In this document: positions 60,800 to 64,000 of the stretch, piece by piece
How the letters are laid out: the number at the start of each line of letters is the position of its first letter
How positions within the stretch are numbered: the stretch's first letter is position 1
Assembly (NCBI RefSeq): GCF_044704955.1
Contig: NC_091989.1
Span: 56,358,001-56,422,000 of the forward strand
Direction of reading: 5' to 3'
Length of the DNA stretch: 64,000 bases
Source of the DNA: Pristiophorus japonicus
Lineage: Eukaryota
Made by a program: the position numbers and the translations under genes
Notes under the pieces: generated by a model
The model's input: the letters and a program-made list of their open reading frames with translations, nothing else
Databases searched by the model: none
What the model was told of the DNA's origin: nothing

Positions 60800-62660
60800 A
60801 TAAGAACATAAGAAATAGGAACAGGAGTAGGCAATACGGCTCCTCGAGCCTGCTCCGCCATTCAATAAGATCATGGCTGATCTGATCATGGACTCAGCTC
60901 CACTTCACTGCCCACTCCCCATAACCCCTTATCCCCTTATCGCTTAAAAAACTATCTATTTCTGTCTTAAAGTTATTCAATGTCCCAGCTTCCACAGTTC
61001 TCTGAGTCAGCGAATTCCACAAATTTACAACCCTCTGAGAAGAAATTTCTCCTCATCTCAGTTTTAGATGGGCAGCCCCTTATTCTAAGATCATGCCCTC
61101 TAGTTCTAGTCTCCCCCATCAGTGGAAACATTCTCTCTGCATCCACCTTGTCAAGCCCCCTCATAATCTTATACGTTTCAATAACATCACTCATTCTTCT
61201 AAATTCCAATGAGTAGAGGCCCAACATACTCAGCCTTTCCTCATAAGTCAACCCATCCCCAGAATCAACCTTGTGAATTTCTCTGAACTGCCTCCAAAGC
61301 AAGTATATCCTTTCGTATATATGGAAACCAAACTGGACGCAGTATTCCAGGTGTGGCCTCACCAATACCCTGTATAGCTGTAGCAAGACTTCCCTGCTTT
61401 TATACTCCATCCCCTTTGCAATAAAGGCCAAGTTTCCATTGCCCTTCCTGATCACTTGCTGTACCTGCATACTATCCTTTTGTGTTTCATGCACAAGTAC
61501 CCCCAGGTCCTGCTGTACTGCAGCACTTTGCAATCTTTCTCCATTTAAATAATAACTTGCTCCTTGATTTTTTTTGCCAAAGTGCATGACCTCACACTTT
61601 CCAACATTATACTCCATCTGCCAAATTTTTGCCCACTCACTTAGCCTGTCTATGTCCTTTTGCAGATTTTTTGTGTCCTCCTCACACATTGCTTTTCTTC
61701 CCATCTTTGTACCGTCAGCAAACCTGGCTATGTTACACTCAGTCCCTTCTTTCAAGTTGTTAATATAGATTGTAAATAGTTGGGGTCCCAGCGCTGATCC
61801 CTGCGGCATCCCACTAGTTACTGGTTGCCAACCAGATAATGAACCATTTATCCCGATTCTCTGTTTTCTGTTAGTTAGCCAATCCTCTATCCATGCTAAT
61901 ATATTACCCCCAAACCCGTAAACTTTTATCTTGTGCAGTAACCTTTTATGTGGCACCTTGTCAAATGCCTTCTGGAAGTCCAAATGCACCACATTCACTG
62001 GTTCCCCTTTATCCACCCTGTTCGTTACATCCTCAAAGAATTCCAGTAAATTTGTCAAACATGACTTCCCCTTCATAAATCCATGGTGACTCTCCCTGAC
62101 CGAATTTTTCTTTTCCAAATGTCCTGCTACTGCTTCTTTAATAATGGACTCCAACATTTTCCCAACCACAGATGTTAGATGAACTGGTCTATAGTTTCCT
62201 GCTTTTTGTCTGCCTCATTTTTTAAATAGGGGCATTACATTTGCAGTTTTCCAATATGCTGGACCTCCCCAGAATCCAGGGAATGTTGGTAAATTACAAC
62301 CAATGCATCCACAATCTCTGCCGCTACTTCTCAAGACCTTAGGATGTAAGCCATCAGGTCCAGGGAATTTATCTGCCTTTAGTCCCATTATCTTACTGAG
62401 TACCACCTCCTTAATGATTGTGATTGTGTTAAGTTCCTCCCCCCCTATAGCCCCTTGACTATCCACTGTTGAGATATTGTTAGTGTCCTCTACCGTAAAG
62501 ACTGATACAAAATATTTGTTCAGAGTTTCTGTCATCTCCATGTTCCCCATTACTAATTCCCCAGTCTCGTCGTCTAAGGGACCAACATTTACTTTAGCCT
62601 ATGTCCGGGTCCTTATATACCTATAGAAACTCTTGCTATCTGTTTTTATATTTTGTTCCT
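60800..62660 (-). mobile_element. CR1 LINE (RT and 3' end), relatively well preserved
   Basis: 398-aa ORF: HGFMKGKSCLTNLLEFFE, LDFQKAFDKVPH, GMPQGSALGP, FADG, LVRPHLEYCVQF; upstream ORF PGPDGLHP. Confidence 0.93.
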
Positions 62661-62680
62661 TCTCCTTTCTAAAATAATTA

Positions 62681-64000
62681 GGGGGCGAAATTTCCCTCTG
62701 CCCCAAACGGGCCGGTTAATTCAAATTAAATGAATATTCTCCGTCGGAATCCTTGGAGCAGGGAATAGAGGGATTTTGGCCTCTTAAACTTTAGAAATTA
62801 ACTGTGGCGGTGTTTGGGGCGGCTGAGGGGTGGAAGTGCATCGGGAGCGGAGAGGAAGGTGGGCGGTATCATCAGCGCCGTGCTGATCACGTCAGTGCTA
62901 CGTGGATGTGCCACGTCGTGCTGATGTGTAGCAACGTCCCTCCCCTTCAGTTAAAGGGGAAGGTCACTGCGAGCTCAACAGCCACTTTAGTGGCACCCAC
63001 TGGGGGTACCGAGCTGCCTATTGGCGGCCCGGCTGAACCCGTGGCCACCATTGTCGAGCCTACTTCAGAGTCAGCCAACAATTAAAATAAAATGACGGCC
63101 GTGGCCGAGAGCCCTCCCCTTTAAGAGCGAACGCGCCGCCCAACCACTGGCAGCTTCCCGCTGCTGTTGTTGTTCTTCTTATTCCATGCTGCCGCTTGGT
63201 GCTCCCTCTAATGGCCCCGGCCTGCAAGAAATCGACCCGGACATCGGCGTGGAAATCGGCACGGTCCCGGCTTGCAAAACCATCAGCAGGTCGGAGCCAT
63301 TAGAGGGAGCAATGTGCGGCACCATCCCACTTCAGGGAGCAGCGCGTGCTGCTGCAGGATGGCAACGGCTGAATGCAGTGCGGGCAGGTACAGCAGGAGC
63401 GGCAAGATTGAGGCGAAGTAGTGGCAAGAGTTTGTAGAGGGATGTGATCGAGGCCCAGGAGAGGCGTGAGTTCGGGGCCCAGAAGAGGCGAGGGTCCAGG
63501 GGCAGCACGGGCCAGCCTACACTGCGATATGTGTGCACACTAGGTCCTTGCAGCAGAGCTGGTCTCCAGTCGTCTTTGTTAATCCTTGCCACTGGACTAA
63601 GACCAAGCTCTGTCAAGCCCCTGTGCAACGGGTGTGCAACGGCTACCACATGTTAAAAAAAATCTACGCACAGGCATCTTCCACCCATTAACATGTATTT
63701 CGGGATCTGGAATATTCGGTCCTTCATTGAAACACCTGTGAACTCATCCCTTTTCGGAGTGGAAGCCAGTCATCCTTGATTCGAGGGAATGCCTATGATG
63801 ATGATGATGTTATTATTATTGTTACTGTTGTAACTGGTCTCAAATTAAAAGATTTTTGTAAGTTATGTAAATTTACAAGTTTAAAAGTTTGTAAGTGATC
63901 TTAACTGAAAACTTTAAAGTTTGATACAAGAATATTTTTATTAAAGTTAAGTTTAGTACAAACAAGTGTTAAACTTTTGAATAAAATATATTTTAAATTA
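62681..64000. mobile_element. Harbinger-type non-autonomous element (runs off the window) with an RTE-SINE insertion at 63290-63810
   Basis: TTA|GGGGGCGAAATT left end; the insertion matches 23340-23868 and ends CCTATGATGATGATG. Confidence 0.6.

Overview
Vertebrate genomic DNA, probably an elasmobranch/shark (inferred from Deu-domain SINEs, CR1/L2/RTE LINEs, Harbinger elements and fish-type ERVs). It is almost all mobile DNA; the only candidate host-gene traces are a probable terminal exon/3'UTR (~21.2-22.05 kb, minus) and one strong splice site (38.86 kb, minus). The main result is three retrovirus-like elements. ERV-A (5269-17078, minus; paired LTRs, CTAC target duplication, tRNA-Ser(CGA) PBS) has a lokiretrovirus/spuma-like pol but a gamma-type env. 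Element B (11322-15466, plus) is nested antisense in ERV-A gag, shares ERV-A's PBS and ~0.5 kb of leader, lacks pol, and encodes a different glycoprotein resembling lokiretroviral paramyxo/pneumovirus-F-like Env. ERV-C (46514-53042, plus) is epsilon-like, with an uninterrupted pol carrying a 2H-phosphoesterase insert and an env clearly homologous to ERV-A env. Together they suggest envelope exchange between distant retroviral lineages and a possible helper/satellite pair. Also present: two Mag-like Gypsy elements (one Gag-PR-X with no RT/IN), a twin-primed RTE, a Penelope-type hammerhead motif, several inverted duplications and a G-rich minisatellite of splice-donor units. Family assignments rest on motif recognition only; no searches were run.
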